This document shows positions 9,983 through 21,670 of a stretch of 29,806 bases of DNA, piece after piece; the first letter of the stretch is position 1, and the number at the start of each line of letters is the position of its first letter. Under the pieces are notes generated by a model. It worked only from the letters and a program-made list of their open reading frames with translations. It did not search any database and was not told the DNA's origin. The DNA is from Catajapyx aquilonaris (taxonomy: Eukaryota), in NCBI GenBank assembly GCA_000934665.2, contig JYFJ02001088.1, positions 62,001 through 91,806 of the forward strand, read 5' to 3'. The position numbers were made by a program, and so were the translations under genes.

Positions 9983-10569
9983 TCTTTATTCCCAACTCTT
10001 CCTTCATAATGGATATATCATCCTGGGTATATCTATTTAATTCAGCTTTAAAAAAATGAACCCGTGTAGGCCGGACAGTTGAGTCATGTATAAAATTGCA
10101 AATCTAAAGGCACTTTTGACATCCCTGAAAAAAATAAGAGGGGGAAAAAACACACAATGTACGTACGTGGGATGACAATAGGATGGTGTTGTTAGTTTTT
10201 TGAAGGTTGCGGATGTCCCACCGTGCGAACACGCACCTTGACCTCCCAAGCCGATTATGACCTCACCCGGGGGATGACTCTTCCGATCAAGTCAATCACT
10301 TCCTGGGGCATCCAACTCTTCACCTTCACGCCCATCAGAAGAAAAAAAGAAATGCACACTCCCCATTTTTATATTATGTACACACACCATCTGGTCCGCA
10401 ACAATTTGCATATTGTTATGGACATGTTGACATCATGGGCTAATCCGGCGAGTACTGATCTGAATAATTTTTTTTTGCAAATTTTTTGCACAGTAGCTGG
10501 GACACTGTGGGTGGGCTTAAAGTTTCTTATCGGGGACGTCCGTCGAGGTGTCCATTCTTTCGTGGTATA

Positions 10570-11440
10570 TGTCAGTGGCTAGAGTCAGATATGAACTTCC
10601 TCTTCCGCGAAATGTGTCACTTTTGAATGACATTTTTGACTGCTCAGAATCCTTGATGGCCATAAATGGTTAGTGTATATGCTGTCAAAAAATCTGAGCA
10701 TGTGAGGCAGGGGGTCAAGTGCCACACAAGTCGATGAATCAGATTTCTGCAAACTCAACATCATCATGTGATCCTGATGAAAAATGTGACTAAAAAAGCG
10801 TTTGCAATGTGAAAGGCATGTTGGCAATAAACTAACTGGTCATAAATCTGGGCATAAAAGGGAATTTGAGGCCAAAGTGCAGTTTACCAAGGTTTCAAGC
10901 ATCAAGGATATTTTTCCGCGGGTATCAAGTTTTGCATTCTTTGGTATCCCATCATGAAACAAGTAAGGCGAGTTATGGGTCAGAGATGCACGAAATTGCA
11001 ATAGGCTTTTTTCTTAAATTGTTGGGTTCAAATATTTTACAAGACTGGCTATGCTGGAACGGAATTCAAGATCATATTGATACCACCTTTTTTTGGTATT
11101 GAAAAAAAAGAAAATACTATCTCCTTTTGTGGACTTGACAAGGCAACACAAGCGTAATGGGATAATAATCACATGGTATGAGTACAGGGAAATTGAAAAG
11201 ATGCATTAAAAAACAACAAAAGTGATATTGTCAAGGTTTCGATTGATGACACCTTGGATATTATAGCTGAATATTTAAATCGAGACGCAACATTAGTATT
11301 CTTTGAGACAAGGTCCATGCAAAAACATGGTCAAGTGTTTACCTCAACACAACATTTTTTTACATTGTCGATTAATCATGCAGGGGAAAAGAGTTGTCTG
11401 GACACATACTCTTCATAAGTCATAACTGATGGCCTTGTAC
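10570..11440 (+). pseudogene. Degenerate ionotropic receptor (IR, iGluR-related) pseudogene A
   Basis: Collinear fragments across frameshifts and stops: pore-like YQVLHSLVSH (~10923), M2-like IAIGFFLKLLGSNIL/KTGYAGTEFKIILIPP (~10995-11088), YREIEKM (~11183), S2-like QVFTSTQHFFTLSINHAGEKSC and VITDGL (~11332-11436). Boundaries approximate. Confidence 0.45.
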
Positions 11441-12460
11441 TGTTACTTTTTTCCTGTGCGCAGAGACACGCACACAAAGAGCACCGAAAGGGATAGTGTT
11501 CGTCAGACACCATACCGTTATAGTATTTATAGCAGTGCTGAGAGACTATTTCAGTATTTAATGTATTCCATGGGAATTGAGTCGCCCACATTGCCCCTGC
11601 TCAATGTCAGGGCATGGTTTCATGCCATTTTCCACACTTACTCGAATATTCCTTCTTCGACAAAGTGTCTCGCCTTGAATACTTATGTCAATGTGGGCGA
11701 AAAAAACTGTGTGAAAAAGTAGACCTATTGGCTACATGTGAGACCATACTTTGCCAGGTCGAAACACGCAACAATATTAATACTGCTTTCTACTTTCAGA
11801 CACAGGAAGGTCGAAAAATAGACACTATCATTCATCACACATTAAAGTCTACAATGGCAATAACATGACGCGTTTGCTGCTAATGTAACATTGATTAATA
11901 TACATATGAAATGGTCATACTTCCTAGTTCATTGTTCACCGCCAGCAAACCAGATTCAAATGTAGTGCCAAGTCGATCACATAGATGTCGCATCCTATAC
12001 TGATGACTCACCGCGGACAGAGGCATAGACCCGAGCCAATTTTATAAATAATGGTGTGGCAACCTTTATATCTCTGTGTGAGTCCACCAGTCCGGACAAT
12101 CCATTTGTTACGATGACTTCCTCGGGCATGTACACACTGAAGACATCAAATGACAGGTGTATGCCGCCTTGACAAATAGACCGGGTCGAAAAGGCCTAGA
12201 CGCAGCTCGATTTGCTATTCCATCACGGCATGGATACCCCGCGATGAAAGCCACAATCTCGTTTGATTGTTGAGTCACGCCTTTGGATATCCCCCCCTAT
12301 TTTAACAAGCCTTGTTTAATGATGTTATGGTAACAAATGTCGTCTCCATCTTTCTTAGCGCACGTGCCCTGAAAGTTTAATCAGTTTTTTTTTCCAACTC
12401 TCCAGGACTTTCTTCACACATGTTGGCGGCATATTCTCCAGAAACACGTACCGCCCACAT
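11440..12460 (-). pseudogene. Degenerate ionotropic receptor (IR, iGluR-related) pseudogene B
   Basis: Collinear minus-strand fragments: YVFLENMPP (~12450), LFVKAAYTCHLMSS (SYTANLAAF-like, 12179-12138) frameshifting to YMPEEVIVTNGLSGLVDSHRDIKV, TFESGLLAV (~11960), SIFRPSCV*K*KAVLILLR (~11820-11770), RHFVEEGIFE*VW (~11670-11632) and M3-like TVWCLTNTIPFGALCV (~11515-11471). Boundaries approximate. Confidence 0.5.
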
Positions 12461-13971
12461 ATATGTATATGACACACTGCCCTCGACAGGACGCATTTGC
12501 AACTCATTACATCAACTCGGAGCTTATGTATGTTAATTGGCTGTTACCGGAATATCCGTCTTGTATTAGGGAAGTAAGTGATAGTCACGCTGAGGTGAAG
12601 TAGTCAAGGATATGATTAGGAAAAGGGGGGGTATACCCTGCTGCCTTCCTTAATTACGTTACTTGTGAAGTGAAATAATTAAGGCGAGATAAGTTTTTTA
12701 AGATAATGAGCCTGGATAGTTGCTGTCATTTTTTTAAAAGGGGCAAACAATTTTAGAATCAGCAGGGTACACATTACATTGAAAATTACAGGTGTAGCAG
12801 ATATTTATTGGTAGCAAAAATGTCTTAATCAGAGTTTGCACGTGGTACAATTTTTTGCACGAAAATATGCGCCTCGTGGGATATTAATTACCAAGAACCT
12901 GGACAATAATTTTCACTAGAAAAAATAGCGCAGGAATTTTGGTGAAAGGTAAATGCTAGAACCCTGCTGGGACTTATGCGACCAGGTGCCATCTGAGCAA
13001 GTGAGAGTTTGAAAGAAGGTAATAGAAAAAAAATAAGAGGCCGTTAGCCCTACAGTGGTGCTGGACGTGACTTGTATTTTTCAAGTGCTGAGATCTTGAC
13101 AAAGTGAATTGCTCACGTGACGAAGTAGCGCGACTAACAAAATGTTAGAACACCTTCATTCACGCGTCCCATCTATATTTTTCATGAGAAAGTCTTAAAT
13201 ATCCATCGGAAATCATAAAACCTCACCCAGGTGATTGCAATACACGATTTATTTTCAGGATTTTGTATGGAGAGACATTTTTTATGGCCTTGGTGTCTCA
13301 TGTCCGGAACTCCCGAAATGGTAGTAGGACGTAAATCATTTTTTTGGGAGTCATCTCAAGAATAGGATGATGAACCTTCCTCCTTTTACGTCTAGAAAAG
13401 TTGATTAATGGACGACCTGAATTTATATTTTTTTGTGTGTGTGTGCTGTGTGTGCTACGGATTTTATCAACATGCGCCATTGTTATCAAACTATTGATTT
13501 ATCGAACGACGTAGCGATAAACCAACCCTTAGCAAATGATTAAACCCGTGGAAAGAATTCATAATCTTAACAACTAGCAATTCGAATTATGTATGTCTGA
13601 TAATTTGCTGCGTATCTTACTTTTTTAAAAACGTATTATCAGTGAAAGTGAAACTTTTTAATTAGAGCCAGCCTATATGAAGCAATGCTCACCTTGGTGT
13701 GGTGTCTAGTTGAAAACAAATAGAGCGGCACCTTTTGATCAACTAAAACACCCAGCAGCAATTTTAGCACCATGGATTTATTACACACGAGGTAAGTGTG
13801 TACCACGGAAGTGTGAAAAAAATAGGTTTTCCGCATGCGGTGTTCTCCCAACTTTCATATTGTCTGCGGTCCATTGTCACACCAAATTCATCCCATAACC
13901 CCAAGTCATTGACAGGTGTGTCTGCCCACTTTTTCCTTCCACCTTTTCCCCTACCCATGCCGTGAGCTGAG

Positions 13972-14560
13972 TCAGTCTCGCTTGGTCTGGTGACCAGTGC
14001 GCTTGTGCTTGCCTGCTGCTCCGGCTACTTTCTCTCAAGTGCTCTCAAAGTGTTTCATATACGATACAATACTGAAGGACATGTGAATCGCGCCAAAAAT
14101 TATACCTAACTTACCACCCTAACTTACCCATCTAACTTACCCCACATTTGTGCTGTATATGCACTGTGCGTGACTGTTTCCCGGATTTTGGACATCAATG
14201 ACCAGTTTTCTGATGTGTTTGTCCTTGTGGACAATAGGACAGTGTTTGTTCAGTTCATGGTAGACATGAGCTGAATGCAGCATCCCGAATCAGGTTAGGA
14301 GGTAACACCACGTGGATACCTCAGGCTCTTTTTTATGCCACATCCAACATAAGTTTGGTATTAGACTGTTGACCCCCTGGACTCTCTGTAAACGATTTAT
14401 CGATTCAGAGTGGGGGTGATAAACCTCTTGTGTTGCGTGCAGGACACTAATCGTGCCTAAGGTGGTCCAAGTCTCCAAATTGGGCTGAGTTTTTAGGGTT
14501 TGGACTAACCTAAAAGAAGACCCCTGGAGGACCATGATGCTGGCCATTTATTTTCAACAG
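13972..14560 (+). other. Candidate alternative first exon of the TRIM gene with a 9-codon coding start (MMLAIYFQQ, 14534-14560)
   Basis: TCAGTC initiator at 13972; ACCATG at 14531-14536 follows an in-frame stop (14486); donor CAG|GTAAGG in phase 0 matches the phase-0 acceptor at 21625/21626, whose frame is open into the TRIM ORF. Confidence 0.5.
14106..14141 (+). repeat. Three copies of CTAACTTACC at 13-nt period
   Basis: Copies at 14106, 14119 and 14132. Confidence 0.85.
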
Positions 14561-17500
14561 GTAAGGTGGAGTTTCCGTCGGTTTTACGACGGTTCCATTA
14601 CGCGGAACCAGAATTTATGAGTGCGTTTCCTGTCCAAACTTATCTGGTTGCCAATTATCAAGAAGTGCGTGCCACTTAACCATGAAATTAGATGTTGAAA
14701 TCTTCTTGCACGTGCGTGGTTTTTTGGGAGGCTGGGGATATTAGTATGAAAAATTGTGTTATCAAGAACTGGGGAAGGATCATATGCCTCTGTATATGAA
14801 GCGGGGACGGATAAAAGCTTTGGGAGATAAAAACTGTGGAAAACAGTTTTTACGACTTGTGAAACATGCAAGGATATTTCATAAAGTGTGTACTTACGTC
14901 AACTCTGTCTAGGGAAAAATTCCACGCTTTGTCAGAATTTTACATGACATTGCACGGTGAAATTCGGACTACAGTTGCTGTGGTAGACAATCATTTAACT
15001 TCCTCTTTGGACTATGGACTCGGGAAGTGCACCACCCTTATGTAAATAGGAGTGATCAGACTTGAATAGAATAACCGTTTTTATGTGTAATGTTTACCTG
15101 CTAAATATACATGCATGGCCCAAAAAAATCATAAAGTGAAAATACCAATTCGGATCCAAATTTAAAACCACTTCTCGTCTAAAAAAAACTCTGAATAGTG
15201 GAAAACAGTAGTACTAATTGAGACATAACGGAAAGTGCTCCACGTGCACTACTACTGTGCTCCACTTTTTCCACATCTCCACCCAAGATACAACCATCGA
15301 TACGAGCCATTAGAGTGGGAATTGGGTATGTGTAGGATTCCAGAATGTGTCGCCTTCTCCTCCAATTAGGGCCATAACATAGGCTGGGTTCACATATGAG
15401 GACAGATTTACAATCCGGTCGTGTGAGATTGGTCGCCTGTACGGTGCACCATCATCATCATGGGCAGGATTTTTCGCAGGTATCAGCATCCGGATCTTAT
15501 TATGGACGTAGAAGGCGTGACCCTTTCTGGTGGTGAACGGTCCACTTGGGTGGGATCATCCACTAAAAAAAATTAAAGGGTTAAAAAAAAAATCGAGCAT
15601 GTGAGCGTAACGAAACTGGCCATAAATTCTGAACATTTGAATATTCGAGCCTTTGGATATTTCATATAGCTAATGGCCTCATTCCTAATGCATTTGCCAA
15701 ATAGCTGCTAAAATTAGCCCGCGTTAATTGTTGAAATGTAGGCAACTGGAGCAGTGTTTGGCTGAATTGTCCTGCACATGGCAAGTTCTAGAAAAAACGC
15801 GACACTATCATGCAATATCCAGGCCGTTTCATGTGGCGGAAACAGTTATCGTCGTTCATTGTTATGAGCTATTCGTGTCCTTCCGAGTAACCCAAAATGC
15901 AACCCAAATTCCAGCTCAGTAATATTTACATCAACTTTCCACCTTATAGCGACGCTTACAACAAAGGAAGCCTCCCTCCAGCAGCTTCCAGAAGGCAAGA
16001 TATGAACACAATGAAGTTGCGATAAAACCAACTACTGAAACAGAATAAAGATTAGAAAGTGAGAGAGAAAAAAAGAAGAAGTTGTAGGCCCCCAAGCTTG
16101 TCAGTGAGTTATTCAACCTTGTGAGGATGTGTAGGCTTTAGAAGCGCCTAATTACCACCGATTTGTTTGACCATATCTTCCAAAGAGGTGCGGAGGAAGT
16201 GAACGTGACTGGTTGTATTTGGAATAATAATAATTGCGTAACATACGTCTGCAATATGACACAGTGGTTGCATGTTGAGAAACGCATGTTTTTTTCACAT
16301 TAGCCTGAAGCCTCACGCAGTAACTTTCTGTGCGGAATTCATAGTGTGTAGCCATTTTCTCTTTTTTTAAGGGAAATAAAATGCGGCCATATCCGGGTCT
16401 CAGAAGGGAAACCACATCCATATTGAATCGGCTGACTTCTGGGCTTATACCACAACGTGATTTATTGTGCGAGTTCTACACTTTAACCACGGATTTGCTC
16501 ACTAGTTAATTGCGTCTAACTAGCACCCGCGGACCTTCTTAATGCCTTTAAGCTGCTGAAAACGTGACTATACAGGGGACTTGGTAATGCGATGTAAATT
16601 ACTCGAGGAGTGCCGATCTGAGTAATTGAGCATAGCCATAGGCAATGCACACCTGTTAGATCTTCGGTTCGAACATGACGTGCCCAATAATGGTGGTTAA
16701 AATGGTGCAAGCAGTTTGACTAGTTATTTCTGTCACTTAAGGGCCGGTTTCATCAACTCAAATGAAGTGATTATAAATTTTGCTATGTACATAACCATCC
16801 ATTTTCTTTTGTTATAATAATCGAAATAAGAAACGAAATAAATAAACAGAGCACTTGCTGCTTGCATATTCAGACGACCCTGATCTGGTTCTGTCTTATG
16901 ACTTGGCCACCCAGGGCCAGCTGGTGAATGATGCTGTGACGACAGTTGCTCATCAAGACGACATAATAAAAAAAAACGGAAATTGTGCCATATGGCGGCG
17001 TGAGTGCTGGCACCAGACCTCATAAGCATATATGAACTCAGTTGCCACATGCGAGTCTGTTGGAAGTGTAGTTGAGCGATGGACTAGTAAGTTCAGACAC
17101 TCTGTAAATTATATCAGGTGGATATAACATATAGGATTTATCTGCACATTAGATATTCTGAAGGTTAGGAGCCACCTGCAAGGCCAGTCTATTTGCATAA
17201 TTTCGCCTACTTGGCAGTGTCTCGGTTGTGCATTACAGCAGGTAACGTATGCATGCAAATCGTTTTGCTGTCATTCATATCTGCACCGTTTTAAGGTCGG
17301 AAAAACAGGTTACGTCACCTGGTTTTTGGGGTCTTGATTGCAACCCGGAAACTGTTGCCGACAAAGTGACATCACTTGGCTGTTGGATACCCTAAAAAGG
17401 TAGCTGTCATATTGGACACCTCCAATATTCATCATCGCATCCCCGGAAATCCACCAAAAAATGCGTGCAATTTTTTTGTGTGCAAATTGACGTCATTGGT

Positions 17501-20500
17501 GACTTATCGAGAGGTCAAGATCGGATAGATTCGTGAGTCTAAGGAAAAGGGGGAAATGAGAGTCGGCCATGAAGTGATATTTGTTTACCTTCTTACGATT
17601 GTCAAGGTGTCCATCGCAAAATGTCTAGGGGTCGGAGCACTTGACCTTGCCATGCCAAACGGTTTTTCAAGGGTTGCTAGAGTAAGTACTCGGATGAGTT
17701 TGCTCTTCTACGTCTGATTAATGCTACAAGGAAAGGTACAGGACAGATAATAAGCAAGACGCTATTTCATGGATCTGCAACTCGTGCACGTTGCCACTTT
17801 TTTTTTGCGCTGCAAGATTTTGCAACGTGGATTTGCGTAAGGGATTAACAAAATGCATTTCATGTAGCATTGTTCTGGTACAATTGCTTAGTTCGTCATA
17901 TCCTGCAATTCTGTACAAAAAATTTAGTAGACCATACCAACGAAAATTCTAAGAATGACCCAAAGAGTGAAAAACTCTTAAATAACTTTTACTCTTGCAT
18001 CAGATGAGTTGAAGCATGCGGTAAGACTAGTTCATCTCCATGTACCACGTTCATCTTGATTTTATTCTGGGCATCCCCTAAACTCGTTCTCTGACTTCGA
18101 AAACCAGTCCTGCTGATTCTCTCCGCATGTTTCCAACAGTGGGATCACCTCGCTTGATGTTTATAATGGGCATGTTCTCAGCTCTTGTTTAATTACTTTC
18201 GACAAATCACGCCGATTTTGGCGGCTGCCAAGTGTTATCCATTTTCCGCATTTGGAATCATGTGTACGGAAAAAGTACCGTCGACCTTTATGTGCTGTAT
18301 CAGTACGGTACATGAAAGAATGCCAAGGCCGACTGGTACAAAAAACAACCTGATTTACTCCATGTTTTGTGTACAGTCCAATAAAAATATATATATTGTA
18401 CTACAAAGCTGCAAAAAAATTTGATACATATCTTATTTTCTGTTGTTCACGACACAATATGTACTCGAGGCGATTACCTTGATCGTTTTATCTATTTTTT
18501 TACTGGGCTACCAAAAGAATTTGTGATCGTACGGTTCTCTTTATGGGTTCCTAGTATCAGTCATTAGTCTGTCATTGTCTTCCGGATTTGGTGTTGAATT
18601 GCTATGTCATTATGTATTCATCATCTGGAAGTTGCTGAGATGCCCCCGGGGGCAGGCGGCAGGTTTCGAGCGGGGTCAAAGGTCGCAGTAGTTTTTTCCC
18701 CCCCCAAACACGACGTATTTTTTTCTTTTCACAAATGATTCAAGGTGATGAGTTTTCTCCGCGTGGTTCAAGTGTAATGCACAAAAATTCCAGTAGGCGG
18801 CTACATAAATTACGGGGCGCCACGCTCGTAATTAGTGTGACAATACAGATCATAAGGCGTGTAATTATTATAAAATACTATCTCACGCTTATCAGGCAAG
18901 GTCAAATTTCTAAGGACTTGAAAGGATTTGATACAATGGATTTTGACGTGCTAATGGAATTCATTTTCATTTTTTTTTATTCGCCTCCTTTCACGTGATA
19001 GGTCCGCCTTTAAGATCGAACCAGGCTTATTCCAAGATGCTCATAGTTTTCTGGAAGCGTGATTACCCTTATCGGAATAGAACATAATGGGAAGGGAACT
19101 GTGACGCACGTTTTTTTTTCTCTGTGTACCAAGTGAAAACCCCGCCTTACCACCTGGTATGTTTCATATGGGCGAATGAAAAATAATTTGATGTTGGCGG
19201 ACACGGTATTGCGTAATGGTCCAGGATATTTGTCACTGCTAACTTTGAATGGCGGAAGCGTAGGATTTGCAGCTTTATGAAACCGATTATGAAGGTGACC
19301 TCGCATGCTTGAATTTACTGAAAGAATGTAATTATTGCTATCTTACAAGAATGCACTCGAGATTCTTCCATTGCGATAAAACTGAGAGGATTGCACGCTA
19401 TGCATTGATGCGCAGTACATCTGCTAGATAGTGGTTACAGACAAGTGTCATTGTGGGCATAACATGTTTTTGCTGAAGTGCAGTACGGTGTGCACTACTT
19501 GGGGGTCTAGTGTGTGCAATAACTTGAGTGCTAAATGGACAATGTCAAGTATGGAGAGTCCTTCCTTCGTGATGCACTACAAGCCACTTAATGCGTGGCC
19601 TCGTCTGACCCATAACATTGAGGGTTAATATGCTATGGCAGATGGTAGCAGACCAAACAGGGTAGTTACTCAAATGCATGTACACTACGTAAAAATTAAT
19701 TCAAAATTATCTATTTATTGTGGCAATAATGTTGGTGGTCAATTGAAAAAAAAAATGGTAACCAGGCTGAATAATGGCCTACTTTCTAAGATAAATTTGT
19801 GGCTTTCTGCATGTTTGAGTGGTTTTTCGCTCTTTGTGCTCCTCAAATGTGAGTGAAATCTAGTCAATTCTTCAAGCAAATTCGAGTAAAATATTGAATA
19901 TTTACCGTATATTGGGAAAAAGTACCTCCTAAGTAGTAAATGAAATTTTATCCAACAGTGCAGCATCTTTATTATCGAAAATTGTAAACTTAGTTTGGGA
20001 GATTGTGGAAAGAAAATGAGTGAAAATCATATTATCGTCGAGTGAAGTCGAGCGCAAATGTCGATCACTCAAAAACTACAAATTTAACTCAGAACTTGAG
20101 TGGAAAATTACAAGTTAACTTCGCAAGGGAAGAGAATAATTTAGAGAGTTTACTAATAAGCTGCTACTGGAATAGCCAAGCATATTTACCGCTCCCCCAG
20201 TACCAACAACAAATTGGCTAACCTTCTAAACCCCTGGTTTGCACACATTTTGAATTGCATATTACTAGCATATACTGTTTACAAAATTCTCCTGCCTTCT
20301 GGGGTAAAGCTTTGTCATTGCACAAGTCATTAACATACGCCCCTGGCACGTGTAAAACCAGGGATCCTTGTCACAAAACTGTGGCGTCGTAATCTATCGC
20401 ATATGCTTCTGAAAACCACTTGTGAGCTATATTTGCTCATAGCTGATAGTATAAGCTGCGCCATACCGGTCCTTGCGTAAACGCGTGCGGTCCAGTGTTT

Positions 20501-21376
20501 GGGTGGTACAAAAGATTGATGAAGTGCTGCCTTCAAGAAAAGGGGCAATGTGTGTGGGACGGCAATGAGTCAAGTCGATTATATCACATACAACTAAGCA
20601 ATGCTGGGCGTGTTATCTGCAGACAAAAGATGCACTGAATGTTGGTAGCACAGGTCGTACATGGATCGTCTAGTGTGGTAACCTGTTTCTATACCCATTG
20701 ATTGCTCCCAAAAATGTCTTTTAGACCCACCCACAGACATTTCCCTCAACATTATAGTCACTGACCAGTTCTGACTCCTGTGCAGTCACTTTCTAGCTAG
20801 TGGGTTAACGACATGTGGAAATGTGGCGTTTGCAGTGAAAATAATGGTTTTTACCTTCCTAGAAGACGTGCAATACAGGTTTACTTTTTTCTGTATTTCT
20901 ACGAATGTGTGCCATTGTGCCACCCCCTAAGGACACTGCCCTTATTTTTTAATCAGTGCAGACAGTACTTCGGATTTGATTGAACGGCAGTTCATTGTGA
21001 CCTCGTTTCTCTAATCACTTTTTCCTCCGCCACAGCCCTTGAAAGGGTCAAGATCAGCTATGGTCACGTTATTCACGTGCCAACGGACCGGTCCGTCGCA
21101 TTTTCTTCCTAGCTGATGGGGGCCACGCTTTCGATTTCGTAAAAAGCGGCCTTTTTGACGTGTACGGAATTTGGAGAATCAGGGCGCACCCATTGGGAAG
21201 CCTTGAACACGACCTTTTCACATCCCGGTTGATGAGTAGGTCGTGTTTTGGACGACTTGAAGAATTTACCACACCCCCATACCAAAATGTGGTTCCTTTT
21301 ATCCCAGGGTGACATTGTGTGGTTGAGAACAATCGGAACTAATGGCTACGTTGCGAGGACCGTACGGCACGTTCCA

Positions 21377-21491
21377 TCAGTTTAGAGCTCGAATGTGGGT
21401 GTCTTTAGACTGTAACGAGTTACCATTCAAGCTCTAGGAATTGCGCCATGTTTGGGTGGTGTTGCTCCGGGCATGACGCCTACTAGATAAC
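21377..21491 (+). other. Candidate proximal non-coding first exon of the TRIM gene
   Basis: TCAGTT at 21377, donor AAC|GTGAGT at 21491/21492, 134-nt intron to acceptor TTTCAG at 21625. Confidence 0.4.
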
Positions 21492-21670
21492 GTGAGTGAC
21501 AGGTCGTCTAATATGGAGAATACACTGATCATATCGGGGCGTTATCCAGCAGGGAGTGACCATGTAAAGATATTGACACTTTCCGCCGACTGTATCTAAC
21601 GGAAGTGACATTCTTGTCATTTCAGTATCCAAAAGAGTTGGCTACGAGGGCTCGCCATGCCTGTGCAGGT

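Noticed and set aside
10820..10900. Minus-strand WP...CPDL resemblance to the Tc1 WPxxSPDL motif
   Set aside because: Split across frames, no other transposase motifs; the plus-strand IR reading explains the region better.
15380..15396. TAGGCTGGGTTCACAT, resembling a Harbinger-type TIR
   Set aside because: No matching inverted copy found in the window.
19620..19628. AGGGTTAA, resembling a piggyBac right end
   Set aside because: No corresponding TTAACCCT left end found nearby.
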